From an uncultured Bacteroidia bacterium (GTDB lineage Bacteria > Bacteroidota > Bacteroidia > NS11-12g > UBA955), in contig CALKCM010000003.1 of the NCBI GenBank assembly GCA_938086785.1, positions 9,930-73,929 on the forward strand: DNA of 64,000 nucleotides, given 5' to 3'. The position numbers were made by a program, and so were the translations under genes. The first letter of the stretch is position 1. Every line of letters starts with the position of its first letter. Positions 19,103 to 29,855 of this stretch are shown here, one piece after another. The notes below the pieces were generated by a model. It was not told the DNA's origin. It worked only from the letters and a program-made list of their open reading frames with translations, and did not search any database.

Positions 19103-20958
19103 TATATTTTTTTTCCTTTTAGTGAAGCAGCAACAGCTATGTTCATAGCTCTTTCTGCAAATGGCTTGGTGTACTCATTTAACGTTTCAATATGCTGAGT
19201 TATTATATGCCGATCTTTATTTTGAATGGTTTCTTTTAACTGGTTAACGAAGCCATTGGTTTTTTCTCGTTCTTCTTTATTCACTACCTCGCCATGTTTA
19301 GATAAAAACTGTTCTGTGAGATAAATCATTTGCTCCGCTTCTGTTTGCACTTCTATTAAGAGTCTGTGATCCATATCTGGCTTTGCATTTTTAAGGCTTT
19401 CCAATAACATGTCTTCCACTTGCTTATCTGTAAGCCCATACTGAGGCTTAACCTCTATGTCTTGCGAAACATTGCTCCTAAGTTCTGTTGCTTTTACTTG
19501 CAATATTCCATCGGCATCAAGAACAAATTTAACTTCTATTTTAGCTAGGCCAGCAGGCATAGCTGGTATTCCTGAGAGCGTAAATTCAGCCAGTTTTCGG
19601 TTTTGATCAACCAATTCTCGCTCTCCCTGGTAGACGTTAATTTTAATATTTACTTGACCATCTTTTGAGGTTGTATATTCCCGAGCTGCTCCCGATGGAA
19701 TTTTTGTATTTCTGGGTATAATCACATCCATTAAGCCTCCTAATGTTTCAATTCCAAGGCTTAATGGAGTTACATCTAACAATAAGGTGTCCGATCGATT
19801 TCCTGCAAGAATATCCGCTTCAATGGCCGCACCAAGAGCAACAATCTCATCTGGATTAATGCTGTTATTTATTTTATGCTCAGGAAAAATTTTAGACAAT
19901 TCATTTTGAACAACCATACTTTTTGTACTTCCTCCAACCAAAACCACATGATCAATTGCTTCAGGTGTTTTGCTGGAATCTAGGAGTGCTTTTTTTATGC
20001 TTACTATTGTTTTGTCAATGCAAGGCATGGCAAGCTTTGAGTAGGTTTCAAAGTCTAATTCTAACTGAATGGGACCCTGATCAAAACTTAAGGTCGTTTC
20101 GAAGTGCTGTGATTGACTTAAAGCTATCTTGGCATCTTCTGCAGCAAACCTCAATCGTTGGTTATCTGTTTCTTTACTTAGTGCTAAAGAGTAGTTCTGT
20201 TTCCAGTGGTCTTGAATTGCATAGCTGATATCATCTCCTCCAAGAAAAGTATCTCCGTGTGTACTAAGAACCTCAAAAACGCCTCCTTCTATAGATAATA
20301 TACTTACATCAAAGGTTCCTCCCCCGAAATCATAAACTAAGACAGTCTTTAATTCTTTAAAGTTTTCGTTTAGGCCATATGCTAAGCTGGCTGCCGTTGG
20401 CTCATTTATAATACGCAATACTTCTAATCCGGCCAATTTGCCTGCGTCGCGTGTAGCTTGTCGTTGGCTATCATTAAAATATGCGGGAACGGTTATCACC
20501 GCTTTGCTTATGCTTTGCTTTAGCGCACTTTCTGCTCGGGATTTTAGTTCAGAAAGAATCATGGAACTCAGTTCTATTGGCGAATAGTATTTTCCAGATA
20601 CAGCCACTTTAACCATTTTGTCATCCTCATCATCAATTATACTATAGCTAAAGTCTTTCTTGTGCGTATCCAAATCTTTGTAAGATTTCCCCAATAAACG
20701 TTTGACGGAAAATATGGTATTTTCAGGTTTATGCAGGAGCGCTTTTTTCGCTGTATCTCCTACAACTACATCTCCATTTTCTGTAATGTGAATGATTGAA
20801 GGAACAAGCACATTTTTATCTGTTCGGATAATAACCGGTTCCTTTTTATCAGGGTCAATATAGGATATGAGACTATGTGTGGTACCGAGGTCAATGCCTA
20901 CGATGGTATCATTTTTCTTGATTTTCCCTTCCTTAATATTAATACTTATTTTTCCCAA
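19102..20958 (-). CDS. Hsp70 family chaperone (HscA-like, not canonical DnaK)
   Basis: 618 aa. Actin-like ATPase motifs ([73 protein letters not shown]). The N-terminal pattern resembles HscA (GIDLGTTNSLV) more than DnaK. Confidence 0.8.
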   Translation of the reverse strand: MGKISINIKEGKIKKNDTIVGIDLGTTHSLISYIDPDKKEPVIIRTDKNVLVPSIIHITENGDVVVGDTAKKALLHKPENTIFSVKRLLGKSYKDLDTHKKDFSYSIIDDEDDKMVKVAVSGKYYSPIELSSMILSELKSRAESALKQSISKAVITVPAYFNDSQRQATRDAGKLAGLEVLRIINEPTAASLAYGLNENFKELKTVLVYDFGGGTFDVSILSIEGGVFEVLSTHGDTFLGGDDISYAIQDHWKQNYSLALSKETDNQRLRFAAEDAKIALSQSQHFETTLSFDQGPIQLELDFETYSKLAMPCIDKTIVSIKKALLDSSKTPEAIDHVVLVGGSTKSMVVQNELSKIFPEHKINNSINPDEIVALGAAIEADILAGNRSDTLLLDVTPLSLGIETLGGLMDVIIPRNTKIPSGAAREYTTSKDGQVNIKINVYQGERELVDQNRKLAEFTLSGIPAMPAGLAKIEVKFVLDADGILQVKATELRSNVSQDIEVKPQYGLTDKQVEDMLLESLKNAKPDMDHRLLIEVQTEAEQMIYLTEQFLSKHGEVVNKEEREKTNGFVNQLKETIQNKDRHIITQHIETLNEYTKPFAERAMNIAVAASLKGKKI

Positions 20959-21002
20959 GGCATCGCAAAATTACAACAAAGCAATGGCTGCATCATTACT
21001 TT

Positions 21003-21021
21003 ATTGCAAGCAGTTTGCAAT
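21003..21021. promoter_or_regulatory. candidate operator: perfect inverted repeat ATTGCAA-N5-TTGCAAT in a divergent promoter region
   Basis: ATTGCAAGCAGTTTGCAAT at 21003-21021, with a third TTTGCAAT copy at 21041-21048. It lies between the Hsp70-like gene (minus strand, start 20958) and the serine hydrolase gene (plus strand, start 21158). Confidence 0.3.
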
Positions 21022-21157
21022 TAGGTTGTGGGACTTGTTCTTTGCAATCAAAGGGATTGTAAATGGGCCTTCTACTTTTGAATTGGTTGGTTTGTTTGGT
21101 TGTAAACCTGTGAATAAGTGAATGGAATGGTAGTGTTTTGTCCTTTTACTTTGTAGC

Positions 21158-22303
21158 ATGCGTTTGGCTGTGTTTTTGTGTGTTCTGTTTACCTATACCT
21201 ATGGGTATGCAGATAGTACTTTTGTTGCAAAGCCAGCAGTGCAAGTCATTGTAAAAAGTCCTTATAAAAACAAAGAATTTGAAGTATTTTCGCCCAAACA
21301 AAACACTAGAATTATTGATTTCTTTGAAGCTCAATACAAAAAGAAGATTTTTAGTGGCACCTATTTGTTTCATAAAAACGATAGCATGGTTCGAGGCCAT
21401 TTCGGCTACGCAAACTTTAGTAAGAAAGACCCATTCATAGATGATGATTTATTTCAGCTAGCCAGTGTTTCAAAAACATTTACAGGTACTGCAGCAATGA
21501 TTCTGGTTCAGGAAGGGAAAATGGCTTTAGAAGACAGTGTGCATTGGTATATTCCGAAATTAAAGCGGGAGAATCTCATTATTAAAGATCTTTTATCCCA
21601 CACGAGTGGATTGCCAGATTATTTCTACTTTAAGCAAAAATATTGGCCCTATGCATTCCGACGAATGCACAATAGCGATGTCATAAGTCAACTGAATAAA
21701 CAATCCTATAAATCCTTTAATAAGCCTGGTAGGTACTACCACTATAGCAATACGAATTATTCATTAATGGCTCATATTATTAGTGGAATTGCTGGAATGG
21801 ATTTTAGACAGTTTGTAAAAAAACGAATCATGGAACCTGCCGGAATGGTTTATTCTCATATTTGTGATTTTGATAGTATTCCTTTAAAAAGATATAGTGT
21901 ACAAGGATATGAAAGGTGGCGTATTTATGAAGATCTTCCCCTAAACGGAACCACTGGTGATAAAGGTGTTTACAGCAATACGTACGAAATGTATCTCTAC
22001 GATCAGGCATTAAGAACGTCTGATATTGTGCATGGAGGTTCAAAAAACCAAATGTGGACACCCATTGCTCTTGCCAGTTCAAAAAGAGGTATGTATTATG
22101 GCCTAGGTTGGAGAGTGATCTGGCATAATGGCCATAAGTGGGTGTATCATAATGGCTGGTGGAAAGGGTTTAGGACTTATTTCTGGAGATGCGTAGATGA
22201 AAACATGTGTTTTGCTGTACTCACTAATAATGTACAAGGGCCCTTCCTTAAAACAGCTGAAATGTTGAATTTAATTGATCCAGTTTATTTTGAAAAGGAG
22301 TAA
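21158..22303 (+). CDS. serine hydrolase (beta-lactamase / penicillin-binding protein family)
   Basis: 381 aa. Signal peptide. S-x-x-K active-site motif (LASVSKTFTGTAAMILVQEG), then a Y-x-N-type motif (HYSNTNYSL). Confidence 0.8.
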   Translation: MRLAVFLCVLFTYTYGYADSTFVAKPAVQVIVKSPYKNKEFEVFSPKQNTRIIDFFEAQYKKKIFSGTYLFHKNDSMVRGHFGYANFSKKDPFIDDDLFQLASVSKTFTGTAAMILVQEGKMALEDSVHWYIPKLKRENLIIKDLLSHTSGLPDYFYFKQKYWPYAFRRMHNSDVISQLNKQSYKSFNKPGRYYHYSNTNYSLMAHIISGIAGMDFRQFVKKRIMEPAGMVYSHICDFDSIPLKRYSVQGYERWRIYEDLPLNGTTGDKGVYSNTYEMYLYDQALRTSDIVHGGSKNQMWTPIALASSKRGMYYGLGWRVIWHNGHKWVYHNGWWKGFRTYFWRCVDENMCFAVLTNNVQGPFLKTAEMLNLIDPVYFEKE

Positions 22304-22348
22304 ACTATTTAACAAAATTGTCGTCTTAGAAAAGTATTAGTACTTGAT

Positions 22349-23263
22349 TTGCATTTATATAAACACATGAGATTTCTTTCATTTTTGTCCGCGTTTTTCT
22401 TTTTAACAGTAGTTTCAGCTCAAAAAACAATAACTGTTATTAATAATCTCTCTACAACAAAGTCTTTTACGTATCGGGTGATTAAGCAAGAATACATAAC
22501 CAATGAGAATAACTTCTTTTTGGATGTTTATAATGATACGAATTATCTTCATTTTCTTGAACTGCGCCCTTTGGTATATAAAATGAAAATGTACCGCAAT
22601 GAAAGTTGTACCATTCCCTATGATGGGATTGACACCACAAAAAAAATGAGTTTCGTATGGGAATTCACCGATTCTGGGGATGTGAAAACCTTATTAAACT
22701 ACCAAGATTTTTCTGCAATATTAGTGGCCTCAGAACAAGCAAAGTACAGAAATAAATTAATTGATTTAGCATCGTTAAAGGCTTCGACGGAACTTTTCAA
22801 AGATCCGTTGTTCGTTGCTAATGCCATTAATGCAGACTATATTCATATGTTTAGAATTGCCGGAGATACGTTTAATGAGGCCAATGTATACCTGCAAATG
22901 CGCAACGTCCCCTCGCCAATCAATCAGAATATTATTCCAATCATGGGTAATATTAAGATTGAAACAATTTCGGAACCCTCGCAGATATATGGAGTTCATG
23001 CTCAAAACAAAGCAGAGGCTGCCGAGAAACAAATGTTAAAACAGCAGTTGCTGGATTACATTAAAACTCAAGACCAAACTAAAATTGATCAACGGAAAGA
23101 AATCACAAGGATTGGGCTAAATGCAGAACAAGACTGGGTTTACAATGCAAACAATCAACGGTTTTCTAAGATAATTTTGAGTGATGTTTTTGTTATCAAT
23201 ATGCAATCTCGCGGAAATATTCGTATCTTCGAGTTGTGGGATATAAAGGAGAGATCAGAATAG
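22349..23263 (+). CDS. hypothetical secreted protein
   Basis: 304 aa. N-terminal signal peptide (MRFLSFLSAFFFLTVVSAQ). No recognisable domain motifs. The true start is probably the Met at 22367. Confidence 0.45.
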   Translation: MHLYKHMRFLSFLSAFFFLTVVSAQKTITVINNLSTTKSFTYRVIKQEYITNENNFFLDVYNDTNYLHFLELRPLVYKMKMYRNESCTIPYDGIDTTKKMSFVWEFTDSGDVKTLLNYQDFSAILVASEQAKYRNKLIDLASLKASTELFKDPLFVANAINADYIHMFRIAGDTFNEANVYLQMRNVPSPINQNIIPIMGNIKIETISEPSQIYGVHAQNKAEAAEKQMLKQQLLDYIKTQDQTKIDQRKEITRIGLNAEQDWVYNANNQRFSKIILSDVFVINMQSRGNIRIFELWDIKERSE

Positions 23264-24210
23264 GATTTTTATTTTTTATTTTTTTATTTCTTCAATTTTT
23301 TACTCCTACAATCGCAGAGGCTCAGGTAAATAATCCAACGGATACCAAGGAAGTTAAAACTGTTTCAGAGAATGTTTACAATAATCCAAACCATACCTTT
23401 TGGGGTTTTGATTGCAATGGCATAACTCAAGTTCCAACCGTTGCTGGCGGATCTCCCTTGTTAGGGTTGCATGCCAAGGCATTCTTTACGCCCAAAGCTT
23501 TTATATATGTTGCTGCTCATGTTCAAGCATTTACATCCCTTGGCTTAAGTACCGATGAGAAATCTGCATTCGAGTCTTCCGCCCAAGTAGAATTTGCCTT
23601 GCTCCCCTTTAAAAAAGAAAAAGTTAAGTTTATAACTTATCAAACGTCAGAAAAAGGCTTAATGTATACTTGGCAATATCCAATCAAAAGAAACTTTCGA
23701 TTTGGATTTATCGCCGGAGCCAATAGAGGTAAAAGATATATCCAAACGGGTAGCGACGAGTTTACAGCCATTACCTGGGGCAATGCCAATAATCCCAATG
23801 GAAATAAACTTAGCTTGCCTGAAACCTTTTCAGAGGCCAGTGCAGGCTTAGCATTAATGACGACCGCTTGGTCAAAATCTAGCATATTATTGCCCAATGG
23901 AAAGCAAGTTTTTAAGCGATATAAGGCTTTAACCATGGTTCGTTTAAGTTATGTACACTTGTTGGCCGATAGCTATGATAATTCCATGCAGATCCGAAGC
24001 AAAGGAGGAATACGGAATTATTTTCCTATGGTTACAAGTTCAAAGCAAAGAGGCCTGAAATTACAGGGTGATTTTAGGAGAAAATGGCTCAGTCTAAAAA
24101 TTGAAGCGGGTATTTCTACTGGACCTAATTATAGATTTTCCGAGTCAGAGCGCGCTAGCTTTTTAAATCGCAGCTATTTTGGCTTGGGTTTTGGCTTCGG
24201 ATGGATGTAA
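23236..24210 (+). CDS. hypothetical secreted / outer-membrane protein
   Basis: 324 aa. Signal peptide (FLFFIFLFLQFFTPTIAEAQ), beta-rich composition, and a C-terminus ending in GFGFGWM. Overlaps the upstream gene by 28 bp. Confidence 0.45.
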   Translation: MGYKGEIRIGFLFFIFLFLQFFTPTIAEAQVNNPTDTKEVKTVSENVYNNPNHTFWGFDCNGITQVPTVAGGSPLLGLHAKAFFTPKAFIYVAAHVQAFTSLGLSTDEKSAFESSAQVEFALLPFKKEKVKFITYQTSEKGLMYTWQYPIKRNFRFGFIAGANRGKRYIQTGSDEFTAITWGNANNPNGNKLSLPETFSEASAGLALMTTAWSKSSILLPNGKQVFKRYKALTMVRLSYVHLLADSYDNSMQIRSKGGIRNYFPMVTSSKQRGLKLQGDFRRKWLSLKIEAGISTGPNYRFSESERASFLNRSYFGLGFGFGWM

Positions 24211-24286
24211 CTGTTTGTTAGAATTACCTTATTTCTTAGATATTTCAGGTGCATAGTCTCTATTTTGAACTTATTTTTGCCATGCT

Positions 24287-27200
24287 TTGAATATTCATGA
24301 GATACTTGATAAACTTGCCCAAAATAAAGGGACTCAGGAATTACTAAATACACTTCAGACATCCTCATCCAAAAATATTTTTATGGAAGGGGTTGTTGCT
24401 TCAGGGCCCGCATTTTTGGCCTCATCTATTTTCTCCAACCTCCAAAAACCCATATTAGCTATTCTTCCAAATGCCGAAGAAGCCTTGTCCTTTAAAACAG
24501 ATATCGAAAATATTTTAGCAGGAGAACCTGTAAACTGGATACCAGATAGCTTCATCAAGCCCCTTAAAATAAGCAATACTCACGCTCATAAAATTCAAGA
24601 GCGTATCGAATCCTTAAATATATTAGGGAAGTCTAAAGCACGTGTTCATGTAACTTATAGTGCTGCCCTAACCGAATGGGTGGCGAAAAAGGAGGATGTG
24701 GATCAACAGGCCATGGAATTTCACCGCGGTCAAAAACTCGACGTAGATTTTTTGATGGAATTCTTGCAAGAAAATGGCTTTACGTTCGAGGATTTTGTTC
24801 TGGAGCCCGGTCAGTTTAGTGTGAGAGGCGGGATTGTCGATATATACTCCTTTGCTCATGAAAAGCCTTTTAGAATTCAACTAGACGACGATGAAATTGA
24901 TAAAATCAAACGCTTTGATACACAATCTCAATTAAGTGAAACAGAAATAGAATTTTTTACGCTACTCCCCAATGTTCAAGAAAAGAAAGAATACTCAGAT
25001 TCAATTTTAAGTTATTTCCCAAAGGATACCCTTATTTTCCATCGAGATGCAGTGATGTTTCAGGAGGAATTTGAGTCTCAATATATCAAAAATCTACAAC
25101 TGGCACAAACAAGCCGAGACCTAGGTGAATTAGGGGTAGAACCGAAGGAAATATGGCAAACTCCCACGCAATATCAGAGTAGTTTAGACGCATTTACTCA
25201 AATCCATTGGGGTACAGTAAAACCAAAAGGAATAAGAACAGTGGTCACCTTTCGACAAAACTTACAACCCTCTTTCAACAGGGATTTTACCCTTTTTGGA
25301 AATTGGATTAAGGATAATGATAAAGTCAAAGTGAGCACGCTTGTCTTTGCAGATAATCCCAAACAACTGGAGCGAATTGAAATTATTCTCAATGACTTGA
25401 ACGTGAATTCTGATTACGTACCCATCTATCATGGGTTAAGTGCTGGTTTTGTAGACTTGGAATCTAATTTGGCTTTGGTTACGGAGCATCAATTATTTGG
25501 GAAATTTTACTTGCCGAAAAGCAAACGTAAAATGAGCGGAAATGCCGCTTTAACCTTACGAGAGCTAAAGAATCTGCGTCCTGGAGACTTTGTTACTCAT
25601 ATTGATCACGGAATAGGTCGTTTTTCTGGACTTGAAAAAATGGAAATGCTTGGAGTCATGCAAGAAGTGGTTCGTTTAGTTTACAAAGACAATGATTTAC
25701 TCTATGTGAGCGTAAGCAGTTTGCATAAAATTGCGAAGTATTCAAGCAAAGACGGCACGCATCCTAAAATGCATAAATTAGGAAGTGCTCAATGGGAAAA
25801 ACAAAAAACTAAAACCAAGTCAAAGGTTAAAGATATCGCGCGAGAATTAATCAAATTATATGCGAAACGTAAAACTCAAAATGGGTTTCAGTTTTCCCCA
25901 GATAATTATATGCAGGTCGAAATGGAAGCGTCTTTCTTTTATGAAGACACCCCCGATCAATTTAAATCTGTAGAAGCGGTAAAAAAAGACATGGAAAGTC
26001 CATCTCCAATGGATCGTTTGGTTTGTGGCGATGTAGGTTTTGGAAAAACGGAAGTGGCCATGAGAGCTGCGTTTAAAGCGGTGTGTGATAGCAAACAAGT
26101 GGCCATACTTGTGCCAACTACTATTTTGGCGCAGCAGCACTATAGAACCTTCATTAAACGGTTTAAAGGATTTCCTGTAAATGTCGATTATCTCAATCGT
26201 TTTAAAAGCAGGGAAAGTCAAAAAGAAACCCTAAAGAAACTGGAAGCAGGCCAAGTTGATATTATTATTGGAACTCATCGCCTCATTGGTAAAGACATTA
26301 AGTTTAAAGATTTGGGCCTCATGATTATTGATGAAGAGCAAAAATTTGGGGTAGCTGCAAAAGACAAATTAAAGGCAGTAAAGCTCAATGTAGATACTCT
26401 GACTTTAACAGCCACTCCAATACCCAGAACCTTGCAATTTAGTTTAATGGGTTCTAGAGATTTAAGCATTATTAATACTCCACCACCCAATAGGCAACCG
26501 GTGCATACCGAGTTGCATATGTTTAATAGGGAAATAATAGCCCAGGCCATTAATGATGAAGTGGGTCGGGGTGGGCAGGTTTTTCTTGTGCATAGCAGAG
26601 TTCGCGATATTTATGAAATTTTAAATATGGTAGAAACGATTTGTCCCGGCGTAAAGGCCACCGTTGCTCATGGGCAAATGAGTGGAGAAGAGCTAGAAAA
26701 TAATATGCTACGCTTTATTAATGGAGAGTACGAAGTGCTTGTGGCAACAACTATTATCGAAAGCGGGTTAGATATTCCCAATGCAAATACCATTATTATA
26801 AATAATGCGCATATGTTTGGACTGAGTGACTTACACCAAATGCGTGGTAGAGTGGGCCGCAGTAATGTAAAAGCGCATTGCTATTTACTTACTCCAGGGC
26901 TAAGTGGTTTGCCAGATGATGCGAAGAAAAGGCTTCGAGCCATTGAAGAGTTCAGTGATTTAGGAAGCGGCTTTCAAGTAGCCATGAGAGATTTGGATAT
27001 TCGAGGTGCAGGAAACCTATTGGGAGGAGAGCAAAGCGGTTTTATTAATGAAATGGGTTTTGACATGTACCAAAAAATTCTAGACGAAGCCATTAAAGAA
27101 TTAAAAGAAGATGAGTTCTCCGAGTTGTATAAGGAAGAAGAACTAGACATCCGCAGCAGAGAATGCCAGATAGAAACGGACTACGAAACCTTAATACCGG

Positions 27201-27625
27201 CATCGTATGTAACTAGTACTACCGAAAGACTTTCCCTTTATAACGATTTGTCCAAGGCTAAAACCAAAGAAGATTTGGTTCAATTTGAAGAAGCATTAAT
27301 GGACCGTTTTGGATTAGTTCCATTCGAAACCAAAGAATTGTTTAAAACCATGGAACTGAAATGGCTAGGCATGGAAATGGGTTTTGAGAAAATCACCTTT
27401 CGAAAAAAAGCGCTGCGTTTATATTTCCCCGGAGATGAGAATGCTCCTGTCTTTCAGAGCAAAGCTTTTGAACAACTCATGCAATATGTGTTAAACAACC
27501 CCTCAAAATTTAGCATGAAACAAACGGCAAAAGCCTTAATTCTTACCATAAATCCAGTTGAAAATATGGCAGAAGCCATGGATATGCTAAGTCAATTGGG
27601 CGAGAATATAGAAGTAAAGTCTTAA
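24287..27625 (+). CDS. mfd: transcription-repair coupling factor Mfd
   Basis: 1112 aa. UvrB-homology N-terminus, RNAP-interacting domain, superfamily 2 helicase motifs (LVCGDVGFGKTEVAMRAA, DEEQKFGV, TATPIPRT) and a TRG/CarD region. TTG start. Confidence 0.95.
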   Translation: MNIHEILDKLAQNKGTQELLNTLQTSSSKNIFMEGVVASGPAFLASSIFSNLQKPILAILPNAEEALSFKTDIENILAGEPVNWIPDSFIKPLKISNTHAHKIQERIESLNILGKSKARVHVTYSAALTEWVAKKEDVDQQAMEFHRGQKLDVDFLMEFLQENGFTFEDFVLEPGQFSVRGGIVDIYSFAHEKPFRIQLDDDEIDKIKRFDTQSQLSETEIEFFTLLPNVQEKKEYSDSILSYFPKDTLIFHRDAVMFQEEFESQYIKNLQLAQTSRDLGELGVEPKEIWQTPTQYQSSLDAFTQIHWGTVKPKGIRTVVTFRQNLQPSFNRDFTLFGNWIKDNDKVKVSTLVFADNPKQLERIEIILNDLNVNSDYVPIYHGLSAGFVDLESNLALVTEHQLFGKFYLPKSKRKMSGNAALTLRELKNLRPGDFVTHIDHGIGRFSGLEKMEMLGVMQEVVRLVYKDNDLLYVSVSSLHKIAKYSSKDGTHPKMHKLGSAQWEKQKTKTKSKVKDIARELIKLYAKRKTQNGFQFSPDNYMQVEMEASFFYEDTPDQFKSVEAVKKDMESPSPMDRLVCGDVGFGKTEVAMRAAFKAVCDSKQVAILVPTTILAQQHYRTFIKRFKGFPVNVDYLNRFKSRESQKETLKKLEAGQVDIIIGTHRLIGKDIKFKDLGLMIIDEEQKFGVAAKDKLKAVKLNVDTLTLTATPIPRTLQFSLMGSRDLSIINTPPPNRQPVHTELHMFNREIIAQAINDEVGRGGQVFLVHSRVRDIYEILNMVETICPGVKATVAHGQMSGEELENNMLRFINGEYEVLVATTIIESGLDIPNANTIIINNAHMFGLSDLHQMRGRVGRSNVKAHCYLLTPGLSGLPDDAKKRLRAIEEFSDLGSGFQVAMRDLDIRGAGNLLGGEQSGFINEMGFDMYQKILDEAIKELKEDEFSELYKEEELDIRSRECQIETDYETLIPASYVTSTTERLSLYNDLSKAKTKEDLVQFEEALMDRFGLVPFETKELFKTMELKWLGMEMGFEKITFRKKALRLYFPGDENAPVFQSKAFEQLMQYVLNNPSKFSMKQTAKALILTINPVENMAEAMDMLSQLGENIEVKS

Positions 27626-27637
27626 GAAAATTTTCTC

Positions 27638-29179
27638 CTACCAATCTATAGGTCGGTAGTCCTTAAGGAATTTACCGCACCAATGTTTGCCAGTATTTAT
27701 CCCATCTATTAAAGGATCTAAAACCCGAGCAGCACCATCTACAATATCTAAAGGAGGCTGAAAATCGTGTTCTTCTTCCTTTCTTTTGGATAATTCAATG
27801 GGGTCTTCATCGGTAACCCAGCCCGTATCTACCGCATTCATATAAATGCCATCCTTGGCAAAATCTAAAGCCGAGGTATGCGTCATCATATTCAAGGCCG
27901 CTTTAGCCATATTAGTATGTGGGTGTCTATCCTCCTTGTGAAAGCGATGAAATTTCCCCTCCATGGCAGATACATTGATAATGTGTTTTAGTCCAGTATT
28001 TTCCTTTCGCATTAGATTTACTAAACGATTACACAGAACAAAAGGAGCCACCGCATTTACCAATTGAACTTCCACCATTTCAGGAGTTTCAATTTGACCT
28101 AATTTTAATCGCCAGCTATTGGTTTTACGCAAATCTACCTGTTGCAAGTCCGCATCTAATTTTCCCTCAGGAAACACCTCGTTTGTTGCAATAGAATGAT
28201 CCATGCTATATGGGATTTGCGATAATTTAGCTGAAGCCCTTAAGCCAATTCCTGGCTCTTGTCCATGCCAAGTGACCGGCATCGCTTTTTGCTTTTCATT
28301 CGATGTTTTTGCCGATTGGTGTATGCTGTTTACGCAATACTCATGATCTGTGAGTAAGGTTTTTGCATTGGCCGGTAATTGCTCCATAGTTAATCCCTCA
28401 TTCGGCATTAAATGAGCATAAAAACCTGGCGGTCGCCTTACCGTTTGAGCTGCATTGTTAATTAATATATCCAGGCGAGAATACTGCATTTCAATAAAAT
28501 TACAGAACATTTCTACACTAGGAATATGGCGCAAGTCCAATCCATGAATTTTAAGCCGATGCCCCCATTTATGAAAATCCTCTTCCTTTGAAAACCGCAA
28601 TGCAGAATCTACAGGGAAGCGAGTGGTCGCAATAACAGTTGCGCCAGCCCTTAGCATGATTAAGCTAATATGATACCCGATTTTTAGGCGAGAACCCGTT
28701 ACCAGAGCAACTTGGCCATCTAAATCTGCCATTTGAAAACGCTTTGCATAGTTAAAATCGCCACATTCAGGACACATGGCATCATAAAAATGATGCAATT
28801 TGGTATACATGGTTTTGCATACATAGCAGTTCCGTGCCGATTCCAGCTCAGGCCTGTCCTCATGCACATGCCCTGCGCCTAGCATAATAGGAGCTACAAA
28901 AACAGAAGCCTCCCGAGCAGAACGGATGCCCGTTTCTTTTCTCGCATGCTTGTCGCGTTCCACCTGCTTGCGCTTTGCCGCTTTCTTCGCCTCCTTTCTG
29001 CGTCGGTCAAACTCATCTCTATTTGGCCTGGATAAGGACCCCGAAGCCTTCATTAATTCAATGCGTTTATCCTCCGGAAGATCAAAGAGAAGATCCGTGT
29101 TTTGAACCAGTTTTTTAAGTATAGCAATGCATTCATCTATAGATGTTTCATTAACCTCCGAATGCGTCTTCTTTGCCAT
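27638..29179 (-). CDS. SDR family oxidoreductase with N-terminal basic/coiled region and CxxC...CxxC zinc-ribbon extension
   Basis: 513 aa. The N-terminal approximately 150 aa are Lys/Arg-rich ([24 protein letters not shown]) and carry CYVC-x20-CPEC. A Rossmann motif follows ([32 protein letters not shown]) with NNAAQ. A long C-terminal region follows that. Confidence 0.65.
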   Translation of the reverse strand: MAKKTHSEVNETSIDECIAILKKLVQNTDLLFDLPEDKRIELMKASGSLSRPNRDEFDRRRKEAKKAAKRKQVERDKHARKETGIRSAREASVFVAPIMLGAGHVHEDRPELESARNCYVCKTMYTKLHHFYDAMCPECGDFNYAKRFQMADLDGQVALVTGSRLKIGYHISLIMLRAGATVIATTRFPVDSALRFSKEEDFHKWGHRLKIHGLDLRHIPSVEMFCNFIEMQYSRLDILINNAAQTVRRPPGFYAHLMPNEGLTMEQLPANAKTLLTDHEYCVNSIHQSAKTSNEKQKAMPVTWHGQEPGIGLRASAKLSQIPYSMDHSIATNEVFPEGKLDADLQQVDLRKTNSWRLKLGQIETPEMVEVQLVNAVAPFVLCNRLVNLMRKENTGLKHIINVSAMEGKFHRFHKEDRHPHTNMAKAALNMMTHTSALDFAKDGIYMNAVDTGWVTDEDPIELSKRKEEEHDFQPPLDIVDGAARVLDPLIDGINTGKHWCGKFLKDYRPIDW

Positions 29180-29308
29180 TTTTAAATACTTCCTGCAAAT
29201 GTAAATCTACCCAGCCTTAAATTTAGACTGAATTTTGAGGCATTTTAGATTTTTAGATTTAAATGAAATCTATCAGCGGGCGCTTTTTGAACTATTCTCA
29301 TCCTATAT

Positions 29309-29797
29309 TTGCTCCCTCTGACGGAAGTAACTATATATACAGATGGAGCCGCTTTAGGCAATCCAGGACCAAGTGGGTATGGCGTGGTGCTATTATCAGG
29401 TAAGAATAGGGCAGAGCTTAGTTGTGGTTTTAGACGAAGTACTAATAATCGCATGGAGCTATTGGCCGTAATTATGGGATTGCAGAAATTAACAAAACCC
29501 TGCCAAGTGAATGTGTATAGTGATAGTAAATACGTATGCGATGCCATTAACAAAGATTGGATTGGAGGCTGGCAACGAAGAAGCTGGAAGAAAGTGAAGA
29601 ATACGGATTTATGGAAAGCCTTACTCCCGCTCTTGCTTAGGCATAAAGTACGTTTTAATTGGGTGAAAGGGCATGCGGGCATCCCAGAAAATGAGCGCTG
29701 CGACTATTTGGCTAGTACTGCTGCCAAAGAAAGTGCTATTGAAATAGACAAGGGATATGAAGAATTGCAAGAACCTAAAAATCCGGGTTTATTTTAG
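29309..29797 (+). CDS. rnhA: ribonuclease HI
   Basis: 162 aa. VTIYTDGAALGNPGPSGYGVVL, catalytic TNNRMELLAVIMGL, YSDSKYV and VKGHAGIPENERCDYLA (DEDD residues present). Confidence 0.9.
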   Translation: MLPLTEVTIYTDGAALGNPGPSGYGVVLLSGKNRAELSCGFRRSTNNRMELLAVIMGLQKLTKPCQVNVYSDSKYVCDAINKDWIGGWQRRSWKKVKNTDLWKALLPLLLRHKVRFNWVKGHAGIPENERCDYLASTAAKESAIEIDKGYEELQEPKNPGLF

Positions 29798-29855
29798 GTC
29801 TTAAATGCATGTCTTTTTAGTTTGTTCTTGCCCATTTAATCACTAATTTTGCAAA

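Noticed and set aside
21146-21400. 84-aa minus-strand ORF overlapping the start of the serine hydrolase gene
   Set aside because: It overlaps the signal-peptide region of the hydrolase on the opposite strand and has no supporting features.
29245-29682. 145-aa minus-strand ORF overlapping rnhA
   Set aside because: It is antisense to a canonical RNase HI gene with clear catalytic motifs. There is no domain signal.
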